Positions 26,176 to 39,589 of a stretch of 64,000 nucleotides of DNA are shown piece after piece. The stretch covers positions 35,218,001-35,282,000 of the forward strand of contig NC_086109.1 of assembly GCF_963921235.1 (NCBI RefSeq), written 5' to 3'. Made by a program: the position numbers and the translations under genes. The notes below the pieces were generated by a model that made no database searches, was not told the origin of the DNA, and saw only the letters and a list, made by a program, of their open reading frames with translations. The first letter of the stretch is position 1. Every line of letters begins with the position of its first letter. This DNA comes from Mobula hypostoma (taxonomy: Eukaryota).

Positions 26176-26214
26176 TAATTAGGCACTTGGCAAGGTCCCA
26201 AAAAAACAAAGTTG

Positions 26215-29172
26215 CGTTAAAGCAGAGCGGCCATTGTGTGAGTGGGCCTGTGTTAGAGTGAGGAGCTGAGGCTTTGGTGAGTAGAGGTAGATTTTATTTT
26301 GTTATTTATTCTTTCTTTGTTATCGTACATTTTGAGCAGTGGGGATGTGAGGCAAGACAATGGAATGCTCCTCTTTCAGGATGTGGGAAGACAGGGACAC
26401 ATCCAATGTCCCTGATGACTACACCTGCAAGAGGTGCATCCAGCTGAAGCATCTAACAGACCGTGTTATAAAGTTGGAGCTGGAACCAGATGAACTCTGG
26501 ATTGAAGGGTTGATAGACAGAACATTCAGGGAGGTAGTTACATACAAGGTACAGAACACTGCTAAGTAAGGGACTGTCAGAAGGGGGAAAAGGGGATAGG
26601 CAGCCAGAGCAGAGTATCCTGTGGCTATTTCCCTCAACAGGTATGTCAGTTTGGATATTGTTGGGGACAGAATGATCCAGCAGAGGAAAGCCACAGCCAT
26701 CAGGTTCCGAACACTGAGTATGGCTCTGTGGCTCAGAAGGGAAGGGGGAGAAGAGGTGAGCTGTAGTGATAGGGGATTCATTGGTAAGGGGAACAGGAAA
26801 GAGGTTGTGAGCATGAGAACCAGATTCCTTGTTGGTATGTTACCACCCAAGTGCCATGGTCAGGGACTGCTTGAATCTAGTCCATAGCATTCTTAAGTGG
26901 GAGGGAGAGCAGCCAAAGGTTGCGTTCCAAGTCAGTACCAGTCATGGATAGGAGGGGTAATGAGGTCCTGCAAAGTGAGTTCAGAGTTAGGTGCTAAGTT
27001 AAACAACAATACCTCCAGGATTGTGACCTCAGGATTGCTATCCATGTCGCGTGCTAGCGAGGCCAGAAATAGGAAGATCATAGTGTTCAGAATGTGGCTA
27101 AGGAGAGGAGGGAAGGCTTCAGATTTTTGGATCATTTGGCTCTGTTCCATGGAAGGTAGGACCTGTACAGAAGAGTCAGTTTGCATCTGAACTGGATGGG
27201 GATGAATATCCTCGCGAGGAGTTTTGCAATTTAAACTAGAGTTGCAGGGAAATGAAAATCAGAGCACCAGAACATGTAGTGGAGTGGCTGTAGAGAAAGA
27301 TGTTGTTAAGCCTACATACAAAGTCAGGAATCAAAAGATTAAGCATGATGGGACTAATGTTCTGGGTTATGTACATTTCAATGCAAGAAATGTTGTAGAA
27401 AAGGCATATGAGCTTAGAGCATTGATCGGCACATAGAATTATGACATTGTAGCCATTAGTGAGATTTGGTGGCAGGAGGGGCGGCACTGGCAGATCAATG
27501 TTCCAGCGTTCTGTTGTTTTAGATGTGACAGAGTGGGAGGGATTAAAGGAGGGAGGGGTGGCATTACTAGTGAGGGAAAATGTCACAGCAGTGCTAGGTC
27601 TGGACATACCAGAGAGTTTGTCTAGTGACACTTTATAGGTAAAAACTGAGATATAATGGAAGTATAACCATGTAAATGGGATTATATTATAGACCACCCA
27701 ATAGTCCATGGGATTTAAAGGAGTAAGTTTATAGAGAGATCGCAGATTATTGTAAGAAATATATGGTTGTGACAATCAGTGATTTTAGCTTTCCACATAT
27801 TGACTGGGACTTCCATACTGTAAAAGGACTAGATGGGATAGAGTTTGTCAAGTGTGTTCAGGAAAGTTTCCTTAATCAGTACATAGAACTCCCAATGGTA
27901 GAGAGTGTGATACTAGATCTCCTATTAGGGAATGAGACAGGGCAGGTGACAGAAGCTTGTGTGAGGAAACACCTTGCATCTAGTGATCATAATGTCATTT
28001 GATTCAAAGTAATTACAGAAAAGGATAGCTCTGCTCCTTGGGGTGAGATTCTAAGTCAGAGAAAGACCATTTTTGAAAGTATCAGAAGGGATCTGGCAAG
28101 TGTTAACTGCGATAGGTTGTTTTCTGGCAAAGCTGTATTTGATAAGTGGAAAGCCTTCAAAAGTGAAATTTTGACAATACGGATTTTATAAGTTCTTATC
28201 AGAATAAAAGGCAATGATAAAAGGCTTATGGAAGCTTGGTTTCTGATAGACATTGAGGCCCTGTGTGTAGCAGGTATAAACAGGTAGGAACAAATGAGGT
28301 ACTTGAGGAGTAAAAGGAATACAAGAAAAAAGAAAGAAATAAGGAGGGCTAAAAGAAGATGTGTGGTTGCTCTAGCAGACAGGTGAAAGAGCAGAAAGAG
28401 ATGGGAGAGAGTTTAAATAGATGTTTTTGCATCTGTATTTACCTGGGAGACTGACAGAGTCTATAGAACTGAAGCAACGCATGAACCCTAAACACATGAC
28501 AGAGGAGGAGGTGTTTGCTGTCCTGAGGCAAATGATGGTGGATAAATCCCCAGGGCTTGACAAGGAGTTCCCTCAGACCCTGTGGGAGGCTGGTGCAGAA
28601 ACTTCAGCGACCCTTGTAAAGATATTTCAAACATCCATAGCCACGAGTGGGGTGCTGGAGGATTGGAGGATTCCCAGTTAAACAGTTCCATTGTTTAAGA
28701 AAGGTTCTATAATTAAACCAGCAAATTATAGGCTGGTTAGCCTGACATCAGTAGTGGGAAAGCTATTGGAAGGTATTCTAAGGGAGTGGATGTTTAAATG
28801 TTTGGTAACAGGGACTGATTTGGGATTGTGAACATGGATGGGGAAAGGTAGATCATGTCTAATCAATCTTACAGAGTTTTTCAAAAAAGTTAAAGTTCAT
28901 AAAGGCAAGGTAGTGGAAGTTGTCCATATTGACTTTAACAAGGCCTTTGACAAGGTCTGGCATGAGAGGTTGGTCAAGAAGGTTGAGTCGTTTGGCAATC
29001 AAGAGGAGGTAATAAATTGGATTAGACATTAGCTTTGTGGGAGAAGCTAGAGAGCGGTAATAGATGGTTGCCTCTCTGACTGAGAGCCCATAACTAGTAG
29101 TGTTGTAAGGATTGTTGCTGGGTCTGTTGTGTGTCATCTGTATCAAGGATCTAGATGACAGTGTAAACTGGA
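26215..29172 (+). mobile_element. Old CR1 LINE with 5' UTR, ORF1 (Zn/PHD-like plus esterase) and ORF2 (APE plus RT), 3'-truncated
   Basis: MECSSFRMWE...DDYTCKRCIQL (ORF1); YVHFNARNVVEKAYELRA, SDFSFPHIDW, ILDLLL, SSDHNVI (APE); DKSPGLD, GRSCLINL, IDFNKAFDKV (RT); many stops. Confidence 0.92.
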
Positions 29173-29827
29173 TGTAATAAACTGGGATGATCAGACCCAA
29201 CCTGTTCAAGTGTCCAGGAGACATGGTAATAAGCATACAAGCACAACAAAAATAATTTAAGATAAATTATTATTATAATGTAGAAAGCACAAATAAACCA
29301 CGCCAAATACTACATTGCAAGTCACAGAGATTTCTGCAGACATTTCAAGGCTCACGATTCTTAGTCACCACTTGATTGCTGCTGTAATAGGGGAACTCTG
29401 AATTCCAACTCACGCATGAAACCACCCCTGGGTTCTAGGCATTGGAATTTTTGTTCCTTAGTTGAAATCCAATGAACCCGGGGAAGGTACCCCAATATAA
29501 ATGAGTTCCACAAGCATGAAGAGACACACAAAGACAGACTTTTGTTTTCCTGCCATTAACTCAGGTTTCTTTCAATTAAGCATCACATGTTCTTTAACAC
29601 AGTGTTCAGCATACCCTGACAAATCAATTGGACACTTTAATGGTGACTCCTTATCCATCAGTCCACCAATATTTTGGACATAACATTCTTTTAACTTACA
29701 AGGAACGTTCATATTACATATAAGCAATAAGTCCAAGTCCAGAAAAAGAATCCAGCAAGCCAATTTGACAGACACTAAGAAAGAATCCAGCTGCTATCAG
29801 CAAACGTTTAACATTAACAAACCTACA
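29173..29827 (-). mobile_element. LTR-like sequence (TG...CA), homologous to 32295-33973
   Basis: Starts tgtaat and ends acctaca. Shares ggagacatggtaataagca, gggaaggtacccc, cagtccaccaat and aagaaagaatccagctgctatcagcaaac with the second copy. Confidence 0.7.
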
Positions 29828-29971
29828 GTGTTTACCTTGTACAGACACCCTACATGCTGTGAACTCACAAAGCTAAAATGTCATTTTGAACTGGTCATGC
29901 ATTCATTCAATGTTTCAAAAAGGTTTATATAACACAACCACCTTTTGAATGTCTGGACAGGCTAAAGCCAC

Positions 29972-30422
29972 ATAGAGCACATGTAAAATGCTGGAGGAAC
30001 TCAGCAGGTCAGGCAGCATCAATGGAAAAGAGGAAACAATCAATATTTTGGGCCGAGACCCTTCATTGGGACTGGAAAGGAAGGGAAGAAGTCGGCAAAA
30101 GATGGAGGGAAGGAGGAAGAAGTACACGGTGGCAGGTGATCATGGTTTTCCATGGTCTTCTGTTCCCTCCTATCAGATTCCACTTTCTCCAGTCCTTTCT
30201 CTTTCACCAATCAACTTCCCCGCTCTTTACGTCACCCTCCCCCTCTCCTGGTTTCACTAACACCTACCGCCTTGCATTTATTCCTCCCCTCCCCCACCTT
30301 CTTATTCTGACTTCTCCCTTCCCAATCCTGATGAAGGGTCTTGGCCCAAAACATCGTCTATTTATTGTTTACTCTTTTCCATAGATGCTGAGTTCCTCCA
30401 GCATTTTGGGTGTGTTGCTTTG
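29972..30422. mobile_element. Inverted pair of Penelope-like termini
   Basis: aaaatgctggaggaactcagc at the left and gctgagttcctccagcatttt at the right; hammerhead-like ctgatgaagggtcttggcccaaaac at ~30328. Confidence 0.85.
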
Positions 30423-30692
30423 TGTTTGTGAGACACATAGAAATCTTCCTTCTGCTTAAAATGAAGAATGCATATTAATATCTCTTGGATGATTAAAATT
30501 AATATTATTGCAATTATTGAAGTATGAAAAAAATACACAGATCCAATGATTAACCTCAACATTCACATTAAAATGTATTTCCTTAACCCTAGGGATGCTG
30601 ACAGCATCTTGTTGACAATTTGAAAAGAATGAGTAAGTAAGGTTTACATTGTAATTAGGGATGCAAGAGTCAAATTACAATCAATGTGGCCA

Positions 30693-30885
30693 CAAACAAG
30701 AGAAAATCTGCAGATGCTGGAAATCCAAGCATCACACACAAAATGCTGGAGGACCTCAGCAGGCCAGGCAGCATCTATGCAATAATAAGTGTTGTTCCTA
30801 CAACCTGAGCGTGGCCTCATTACGACAGTAAAGGAGGCCATGGATTGACGTATTGGAATGGGAATGGGAAGTGGAATATCACTTG
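30693..30885 (-). mobile_element. Penelope-like fragment (terminus plus GIY-YIG tail)
   Basis: acaagagaaaatctgcagatgctgg... followed by ctgagcgtggcctcat...ggaatgggaatgggaagtggaat. Confidence 0.75.
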
Positions 30886-30887
30886 CG

Positions 30888-32294
30888 TCACACCTGGGTC
30901 ACATTTCTCACATTATAACACATAAAGAACACCAGTAGGTACACCATTAATATTTTTTCCATATCCAGCCCTGCCTTCAGCAAGGACAGAAACTTTTCCT
31001 TTCTACTAAGACTGGAAGAGGAGCTCTTTGATACTGACTGCTGAGGCACAGCCATCTGTTGTTTTGGGGCATTCCTAGCTCTGTACATTACGTGCCCAGC
31101 TTGCCCTTGCTGCTGCTGGGATTTAAAAGCAGCCTCAACTGGCATCTGTTCCCGGTCTACGTACATCTGACCCTTCAAGTTGGGCTAATAGAACTGCTAG
31201 TTTCTGCAACAGTCCAACCTTCAGCTGGCCCTAACAGAGCCAACAAGATGTCTCTCCACCGTGAGGGTTCCCACTCTATCAATTGGGTGCCCATACCAAG
31301 GGAAAAGGGGACAACCTTAGAGGTGTTAAAGACATTATTTTATAAATGGCAAATTGTGTTTGCCATATCACGCAGACATGAAATAACCTCCAAAGGGGTT
31401 TTCCAGGTCAAGGAGACCCATCCAAATCTGAAGGGACAAGGTAGTGAGCACAAATAACTTGTATAACCACTGTCCATAGGGAGGTTCAGCCTGACCAGCC
31501 AGCAGCTCAGCTGGGACCAACAATTCCATTGTTAATGACTCTAACCAAGTCAATTCATGCGCATTGAAAAAAAAACAGTTGGGAGACTCCTAAATCTCAA
31601 TAGGTGGGTGAGCCAGCTGGGCAAGGATTCCCTTGACTGCTGATGAAGCCTTTGAGCTAAATCCAGCAACTCAGTGGTAATGTTGTTACAGATAGTGGTC
31701 TCAGTGGTGGTAGGGACAGCCGCTGCAGCTTGATTTTGTTCATCAGCATTCAGGCATTCCTCTTGAACTTTTACATGTCATGAGCCTTGATTACATTGTT
31801 CTCTTCCTCATCTGAATCATCATCATACCAGTCACTTTTGCATTATGGTAGCCAATATACAGATCACAGCAACTTGTTTAACTTCAGAGTGCTCAGCACA
31901 TTCTCACCATTCTGCTTAAAATAGTGTTCTGAGAACTCAAAAGAGGCCAACTTGCGCTGCAGTCACGTGATTTCCTCAAGAGAGCTGACCCTTTTCATTG
32001 TTTAACTGTTGCAACACAGTCAAAAAATCCACCCGATTTGAGGCAGAGGATCCCTCTTAGAGGGAAAAGCTATATGCTTAAGGCATTGTGATATTATACA
32101 TGGAAGCTTAACATCAGACAATTCAGCAAATGTCTAGTCCCATCACTTGGGAGGAACCTCTGAATCCGAACATTAGTGAATGATGCAAAACCCTCAGAGT
32201 TATCTGTCCATTTGGGGATAAGTCTCAGGTACGGTATCACTTGACTTGCTTGTCAACCTCCACATCTTCCTGGACCTTACCAGCAGTGCCAAAA
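30888..32294 (-). mobile_element. Probable decayed internal (leader/gag-like) region of an LTR retroelement
   Basis: Follows the LTR end ...ggccattaca on the minus strand with PBS-like tttTGGCACTGCTGG; lies between two related LTRs; fragmentary ORFs, no clear motif. Confidence 0.45.
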
Positions 32295-33973
32295 TGTAAT
32301 GGCCTCGTTTAATCAAACCGAAACTACTCATGTGCCCAGGAGATGTGGTAATAAGCACAAATAAACCACACCCAACTACTACATAGTAAGTCACAAAGAT
32401 TTCCACAAAGTTTCTTGCTGTTGTCTGGGGAACTCCAAATTCCAGCTCACTCTTAAAACCACCCCCGGGTCCCAGGCACCAATCATGATTTCTGCTCCTT
32501 GGTTGAAGTCCAACAAACCCAGGGAAGGTACCCCAATAAATCTTTGGGTACCCGATTAAATACGAGTTCCACAAGTGTAGAGAGATACACAGAGACACTC
32601 TGTCCTGTTGAAGGGTCTCAGCCCGAAATATCGATTGTACTCTTTTCCATAGATGTTGCCTGACCTGCTGAGCTCCTTCAGCGTTTTGTGTGTGTTGCTT
32701 GGATTTCTAGCATCTGCAGATTTTCTCTTGTTGAGACATACTCTTTAATCTTTTGTTTTCGTACCATTAACTCAGCTTGGTTTCTTTCATTCAAACATGT
32801 GTCCATTAACAGTGCTCAGCATACCCTCACACATCAATTAGACATAGTTGGATGCATCAGCAAGGGAGATGAGGCTGAGTACAGGGCCACGGTAGGAAAC
32901 TTTGTCACATGGTGTGAGCAGAATTATCTGCAGCTTAATATGAAAAAGGCTAAGGAGCTGGTGGTAGACCTGAGGAGAGCTAAGGTACTGGTGACCCCTG
33001 TTTCCATCCAGGGGGTCAGTGTGGACATGGTGGAGGATTACAGATACCTGGGGATACGAATTGACAATAAACTGGACTGGTCAAAGAACACTGAGGCTGT
33101 CTACAAGAAGGGTCAGAGCCATCTCTATTTCCTGAGGAGACTGAGGTCCTTTAACATCTGCCGGACGATGCTGAGGATGTTCTACAAGTCTGTGGTGGCC
33201 AGTGCTATCATGTTTGCTGTTGTATGCTGGGGCAGCAGGCTGAGGGTGGCAGACACCAACAGAATCAACAAACTCATTTGTAAGGCCAGTGATGTTGTGG
33301 GGATGGAACTGGACTCTCTGCCAGTGGTGTCTGAAAAGAGGATGCTGTCCAAGTTGCATGCCATCTTGGACAATGTCTCCCATCCACTACATAATGTACT
33401 GGGTGGACACAGGAGTCCATTCAACCAGAGACTCATTCCACCGAGATGCAGCACAGAGCATCATAGGAAGTCATTCCTGCCTGTGGCCATCAAACTTTAC
33501 AACTCCTCCCTTGGAGTCTCAGACACCCTGAGCCAATAGGCTGGTCCTGGACTTATTTTCTGGCATAATTTACTTTTTACTATTTAACTCTTTATGGTTT
33601 ATTACTATTTCTTATTTATGGTGCAACTGTAACGAAAACCATTTTCCCCTGGGATCAATAAAGTATGACTATGACTATGACTATGACTGGACAATTTAAT
33701 AGTCACTCCTTATCCAGCAGTCCACCAATCTTTTGGACATAATGTTCCTTTGACTTACAAAGGACATCAATATTTTGTATAAGCGATAAGCTGAAATCCA
33801 AAAAACAATCCATCAAATGAATTTGGCAGACAATAAGAAAGAATTCATCAACCTAACTTGCAAAGAGACCAACAGATATTTAATCATTAACAGACATCCT
33901 CATGTTAATGGTGCCCAAGACCAAGAAAGAATCCAGCTGCTATCAGCAAACATTAGATGTTATTAGACCTACA
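32295..33973 (-). mobile_element. LTR (TG...CA) interrupted by Penelope (~32603-32735) and Rex1 (~32845-33688) insertions
   Basis: Colinear with 29173-29827 once the two inserts are removed; ends tgtaat...gacctaca. Confidence 0.7.
32845..33688 (+). mobile_element. Young Rex1/Babar LINE 3' fragment with (atgact)n tail
   Basis: Open frame IVGCISKGDEAEYR...WCEQNYLQLNMKKAKELVVDLRR...YRYLGIRIDNKLDW...LYFLRRLRSF...SFLPVAIKLYN; aataaagt(atgact)4. Confidence 0.95.
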
Positions 33974-34109
33974 AGCAAGCCTGTTTGTAATCCATATGCA
34001 AGTTCTTTATATGAAAACAAATAGTTACTTGGCCATATTTTCATATTGGAGACTCATATGCCAGTTTGTGGAAGGCAATTTCCAACAAACAGAAGATAAC
34101 TGATCAACA

Positions 34110-34625
34110 GTCTATTTTAACGATGCTATCACAGAATTCTGCCTGAGTGTGTCACAGCTTGGTATTGCAACTGCTCTGCACATTAAAGCAAGAAATTGCA
34201 GAGTTGTGGACACAGCTCAGCACATCCTTTCATGGACACTATCTGTAATGCCTGATGCCTTAGTAAAGCAGTCAGCTCAATCAAAAACTCCACCCATCCA
34301 GGACATTATTTTCTGTTCAATCAGGCAGAAGATACAAAAGCCTGAAACTGTGTGCCACCAGACTCAAGGATAGCTTCTAGCTTGCTGTTATTAAACTATT
34401 AAAGGATTACCTAGTATGTTAAGATGGACTACCGATAGCACAATCTACCTCATTATGACCTTACACATTATTGCTTACTTACACTGCAATTTATTTGAAG
34501 CTATTGCACTTTATTTTGCATTCTGTTACTGTTTAACCTTGTTCTACCTCATTGGACTGTGTAATGAGGTGTAACACAAGGCTTTTACTGTATCTCAATA
34601 CATGGGACAATAATAAGCCAATACC
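34110..34625 (+). mobile_element. Old Rex1/Babar 3' fragment
   Basis: tcacagcttggtattgcaactgctctgc...ccaccagactcaaggatagcttc; ends gacaataataagccaatacc. Confidence 0.6.
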
Positions 34626-35384
34626 TATCAAAATAAATATTGATATTTGTATTGGCTTGTTGTCATTTCTAACCAGGAAGAATTCACACCTCTTGTTTGA
34701 ATGGTGTATTGGAACATCATAGAGAGCAATTAGGCCACAGAAAAGGAAACGTCAAATTCCCACATCATTGTCCTGTTGAGTCAATAAGATTGTATGCTTT
34801 GATTCCTCAAGGGGAATTTGAATGATTATAGTCAATCATTAAGAATACTGTCAATGATTCACAACAGCTATAAATGAATGGTTCAAGTTTGTGTCATGGA
34901 GCCAGTATCCAGAATGAATTAGATGATTTATTGAATGGATAGAATCTAAAGTAGCAAGTAAAATCAAAGTGAAATTGTGACACTCTTAGTTCATATTTGC
35001 CAGAATAATTGATTTATAATGTTTTAAAAATGGTTTTCTCATACTATGGGGAATTGCACTTTCTTTCTGAATTTCAAAACACAAACATGAAGTTATTCAG
35101 CTATTCACTTGCTCCTTATTCTTTCTTCAGAGGGTGGATGGCCAGGTAAATGTAGAAATATGAAGGGTAGAGATGCTGATTTCAGCAGGAAATAGCAAAG
35201 AGAGAAAGTGTGAATTTCGGATCATATATTCAATGCGTGTATAAAAGCTTTGGTGACATTGGGTACATGAGCTTGTTGCCTGCTCAGAAGCTCCTAACAT
35301 AATTAGGTGGAACATCCTAACTTCTCATTAACCCAGTTTCTACTATATCACTAGTAAATCCCATAAGTTTCAAGAAATATGTTA

Positions 35385-35705
35385 ACAGTTAAAGGGTAGC
35401 TAGGGAAAGAGTAGGTACCCTTAAGGATAAATACGATGATCTATGTGGGCAGTCATTGGAAATGTGGAAGGTTTTAAATGAATACTTGTCTGTATTTAAT
35501 GCAGAGAAGGACATGGAAATTGGTGAGGTCAAGGGGAGGAATTATGATATTATAATTACTTATGAGCATATCAATGAAGAAGGGGATGCTGGGCGTTTTG
35601 AACACATAACAGTGGATAAATCCCCTGACCAGGTGTAGCCGAACATTATATGGGAAGCAAAGGTGGAGGGAGGGAAACTGCTGACGCCCTGGTAGAGATC
35701 TTTGT
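35385..35705 (+). mobile_element. Decayed CR1 ORF2 fragment
   Basis: VLNEYLSVFNAEKD...ITVDKSPDQ. Confidence 0.65.
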
Positions 35706-37009
35706 AAGATAACTGCTAAATCTTACTCTATGTTTCCCATGCCTTTTATTGATTTCTTTTGTTGTATTATTTCACTTTCTCATTTAAAAATTGCAGTGGA
35801 TTTTGGTACCACCACTTAGCTGTAAGAATATTTCAGATTCTGTTAATGAAGGTTTGAAAACCAGGAATCAGTTTGATTCAATGTGAGTGCAAATATGCAC
35901 CTCTCGACTCACCGTTAAGACACTCTCAGGGTTGGGGTGTATTGAGGGGGGATGAGTGGTTATGGATGGGGCAATAGCTTCTCTGTCAAGATTATTCCCA
36001 ATGGAGATGCATAAATATAATGTTTCACAGCCTGTTTATATTTCCTCAAATGTATTTATAATTTTGCACCCACCAACTATCAATTGTAATAGTATTGATG
36101 AGTAGATATATTGTGATTTCAAAACATTAGAAACATATTGCATTCTGTTTGGCTGTAAATATATCAGAACTTTTACGTGCAAAAGCAAATACTAAAATGT
36201 GCTATCTTTATTTTGGAGACTGAATGCCAATGTTGATTTTAACACTCAGATAATTGTTTTCTAGTTAAACATGTAGAGATTAGGCAGACACCTGGTTATG
36301 AGCAAAGATCAAAGTTGTGAGCAAGTGTCTTCTGGAGTTGACCAGCTCCAAAATTATGTTAACTTTATAACAATACAGCTATTCTTAGACATCCATAGAT
36401 CTACCTTCGGTAGGAATTATCTGATACATTAATAATCATAAGGCCATCTGTAATACAAATCAATAAAAGATGGGACATGCCATACTAATATTGATGCAAC
36501 TCACACTTCATTATTTTCATTAACATAAATGACACCCTGACTCATTAGGGTGTGATATTGAACTTGAGGAAGGATACAAAATAGATAATTATGTTTTCAC
36601 CTCTAGTTAGCTACCACAACTCATTTCAGTTATATTGAGTATGATGGAAAGGAGGCTCAGGAAGGAATAAAATGGGCAATGGGTTTGCAAGTAGTACTAC
36701 TCCATTCCTTCTGGTATTAAATGTCACTTCAATTGTAATGATTTCATGCATTTCAGTAATTTACTGTCCCAGTTACTATCTTCCTCCACTCTTTTACACA
36801 TCCACAGTGATGACCCAACACTCTTTAACCCAATCTCATGACCCTTGTTTGAACTGTACACTATCTACCCAGCTTCTATTAACCTGACCCCACAGTCTCC
36901 ATTCTTTTTCCTTGGTAATAAGTGGATGCCTTGACTAAATTGTTAGCTCGTTCCTCAATTTCACTCCCAGTGGTACCCAGCAGCCAAGGCTTAAACCAGC
37001 CTTCCATTT

Positions 37010-39075
37010 TAGAATCAGGTTTAATATCCCCAGCATATGTCGTTATCTTTGTGGCAGCAGTACAATGCAATGCATGGTAAATATAGAAATAAATGCTGAA
37101 TTACAATAATTATATATATATGTGTATCTTAAGTAGTTAATTTAAAATAATAGTGCAAAAACAAAAATTAAAAAATTATATTGTCGTTGTGTCCATGGGT
37201 TCAAAATTCATTTGGAAATGGGATAGCAGAGCTGTTCCTCAATCGTTGAGTGTGTGCCTTCAGGCTCCTGTACCTCCTTCCTGATGGTAATAATGAGAAG
37301 TGGGCTTGTCCTGGGTGGTGAGGTCCTTAATGATGGACTCCGCCTTTCTGAGGCACCGCTCCTTGACGATGTCTTGGATACTACAGAGGCTAGTACCCAT
37401 AATGGAGCTGACTAACTTGACAACTTTCTGTGCAGTCATCAACCTCCCCCGCCAACCCATATCAGACAGGATACTCTCCATGATACACCTGTAGAAGTTT
37501 TCAAGTGTTCTAGGTGATAAACCAGATGCCCTCAAACTTCTAATGAAATACAGCCACTGTCTTGCCTTCTTTATAGTTGCATCAGTATGTTGTGATCAGA
37601 TTAGGTTCTTAGAGATATTGGCACCCAGGAACTTGAAATTGCTCAGTCTCTCCACTTCTGATCCCTATGTGAGGATTGGTTTACGTTCCGTCATCTTACC
37701 CCTCTTGAGGTCCACAATCAGCTCTTTGGTCTTACTGACATTGAGCGCAATGCTGTTGCTACGATAACACTCAACTGGCTGGTGTATTTCTCTCCTGTAT
37801 GCCCTCTCATCACTATCTGAGATTCTGCCAACAATGGTTGTATCATCAGCAAACTTACAGATGGCATTTGAGCTATGCCTAGCCGCACAGTCATGGATAT
37901 AGAGGCAGTAGAGCAGTGGGCTAGGCATGCATCCCTACGATGCAGTGCTATTTCCAATCTGCACAGATTGTGTTTTTCTGGTTAGGAAGCCAAGGATCCA
38001 GTTGCAGAGGGAGGTACAGAGACCCAAGTTCTGTAGCTTTTTGATATAACTGTAGGATGATGGTGCTAACACTGAGTTATAGTCAATAAACAGCATCCTG
38101 ACATAGGTGTTTGTATTGTCCAGGTGATGCAAAGCCGTGTGGAGAGCCATTGAGATTGCATCTGCCATAGACCTATTTAAGGCAAATTGCAACGTGTTCA
38201 GGTCCTTACTGAGACAAGAATTGAATCTAACTGTGACTAACCTCTCAAAGCATTTCATCACCATAGATGTGAGTTCTATTGGACGATAGTCATTGAGGCA
38301 GCTCACACTGTTCTTCTTGGGCACTGGTATAATTTTTGTTCTTTTGAAGCAGGTGGGAACTGCCAACCATAGGAATGAGAGATAGAAAATGTCTTTGAAT
38401 ACCCCCGCTGGTTGGTTGGCAAAAGTTTTCAGAGCCTCATCAAGTACTCCATCAGGACCTGCCACATTGTGAAGGTACACCATCCTGAAAGACAGCCTCC
38501 GAGTTAGAGATCACAGGGTCACCGGGTGCTGTAGGGATCCTTGTAACTGTAGTTTTCTTCTCCCTTTGCAAGAGAGCTTGAAATGTGTCGAAGCATTGCT
38601 GCTATTCATGATTTTGAGTTTTGCTTTGTGGGAAGTAATATCCTGCAAACCCTGCTAGAGTTGACGTGCTTCCGATGTTGCCTCCCACCTCATTAGGAAT
38701 TGTTTCTTCACTCTTGAATAGATCTCCACAAGTTATACCTGGTTATCATGTACAGACCTGGGTCTTCTGACTTAAATGCCACAGATATGTTCTTTGCAGA
38801 CTACAGACCTCCTGGTTCATCCACGGCTTTTGGTTTAAGAATGTACAGTAATTTTCGTAGGCACACACATCATCCGCACAGATTTTGGTGAAGTTGTTGG
38901 CAACTGTGACATTTTCATCCACACTCAAAGATGAAGCTCTGAATACAATCCAATCCACCAATTCAAAGCAATCTTGTAAGCTCTCCTGTGCCTCCCTTGT
39001 CCATACCTTCTTGCCCCTCACTACTGCTGCTGCAGTCTTTAGTCTCAACATCATTGAAAGAGAAAGACACCACTT
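37010..39075 (-). mobile_element. Rex1/Babar LINE, 3' ~2 kb of ORF2 (RT) with 3' UTR
   Basis: AGPDGV...IIPVPKK...CLNDYRPIELTSMVMKCFERLV...VRMLFIDYNS; SPLLYCLYIHDC...CKFADDTTIVG; 3' end attaaacctgattct. Confidence 0.93.
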
Positions 39076-39085
39076 AAATGCAGAG

Positions 39086-39340
39086 AACAGGAATTCTGCA
39101 GATGCTGGAAATTCAAGCAACACACATCAAAGTTGCTGGTGAACGCAGCAGGCCAGGCAGCATCTATAGGAAGAGGCGCAGTCGACGTTTCAGGCCGAGA
39201 CCCTTCGTCAGGACTAACTGAAGGAAGAGGTCTTCCTTCAGTTAGTCCTGACGAAGGGTCTCGGCCTGAAACGTCGACTGCGCCTCTTCCTATAGATGCT
39301 GCCTGGCCTGCTGCGTTCACCAGCAACTTTGATGTGTGTT
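39086..39340. mobile_element. Penelope-derived perfect hairpin insertion with 14-bp TSD
   Basis: Arms 39119-39228 and 39231-39340 (110 bp, perfect) with a 2-nt loop; TSD acttaaatgcagag at 39072-39085 and 39341-39354. Confidence 0.95.
39243..39280 (+). ncRNA. Minimal type I hammerhead ribozyme motif (Penelope pLTR-associated); mirror copy on the minus strand at ~39179-39216
   Basis: tagtc-CTGACGA-agg(gtctcgg)cct-GAAA-C-GTC-gactg: intact core, stem II, stem I (tagtc/gactg), palindromic ACGT in place of stem III. Confidence 0.7.
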
Positions 39341-39589
39341 ACTTAAATGCAGAGGCTTACTCTTTGGCCACATTGAGCCACCACACAGACTCTTGCCCCA
39401 GCAGCAGAGGGATCTCACCAGTGATCAAAAGGCAGGCAGTCAAAGCTGAGCCCTTGCTTCCCTTCCGCATCCTGCTCGCTTCATTCATCCTCAATGCTGT
39501 AATCAACGAAATGGAATCAAACACTGGCTCACACCCCATCTCTAAGTTCCTTTGCTTCGTGGGTGTTCCAGCTCGCACTTGCTTCCCCG

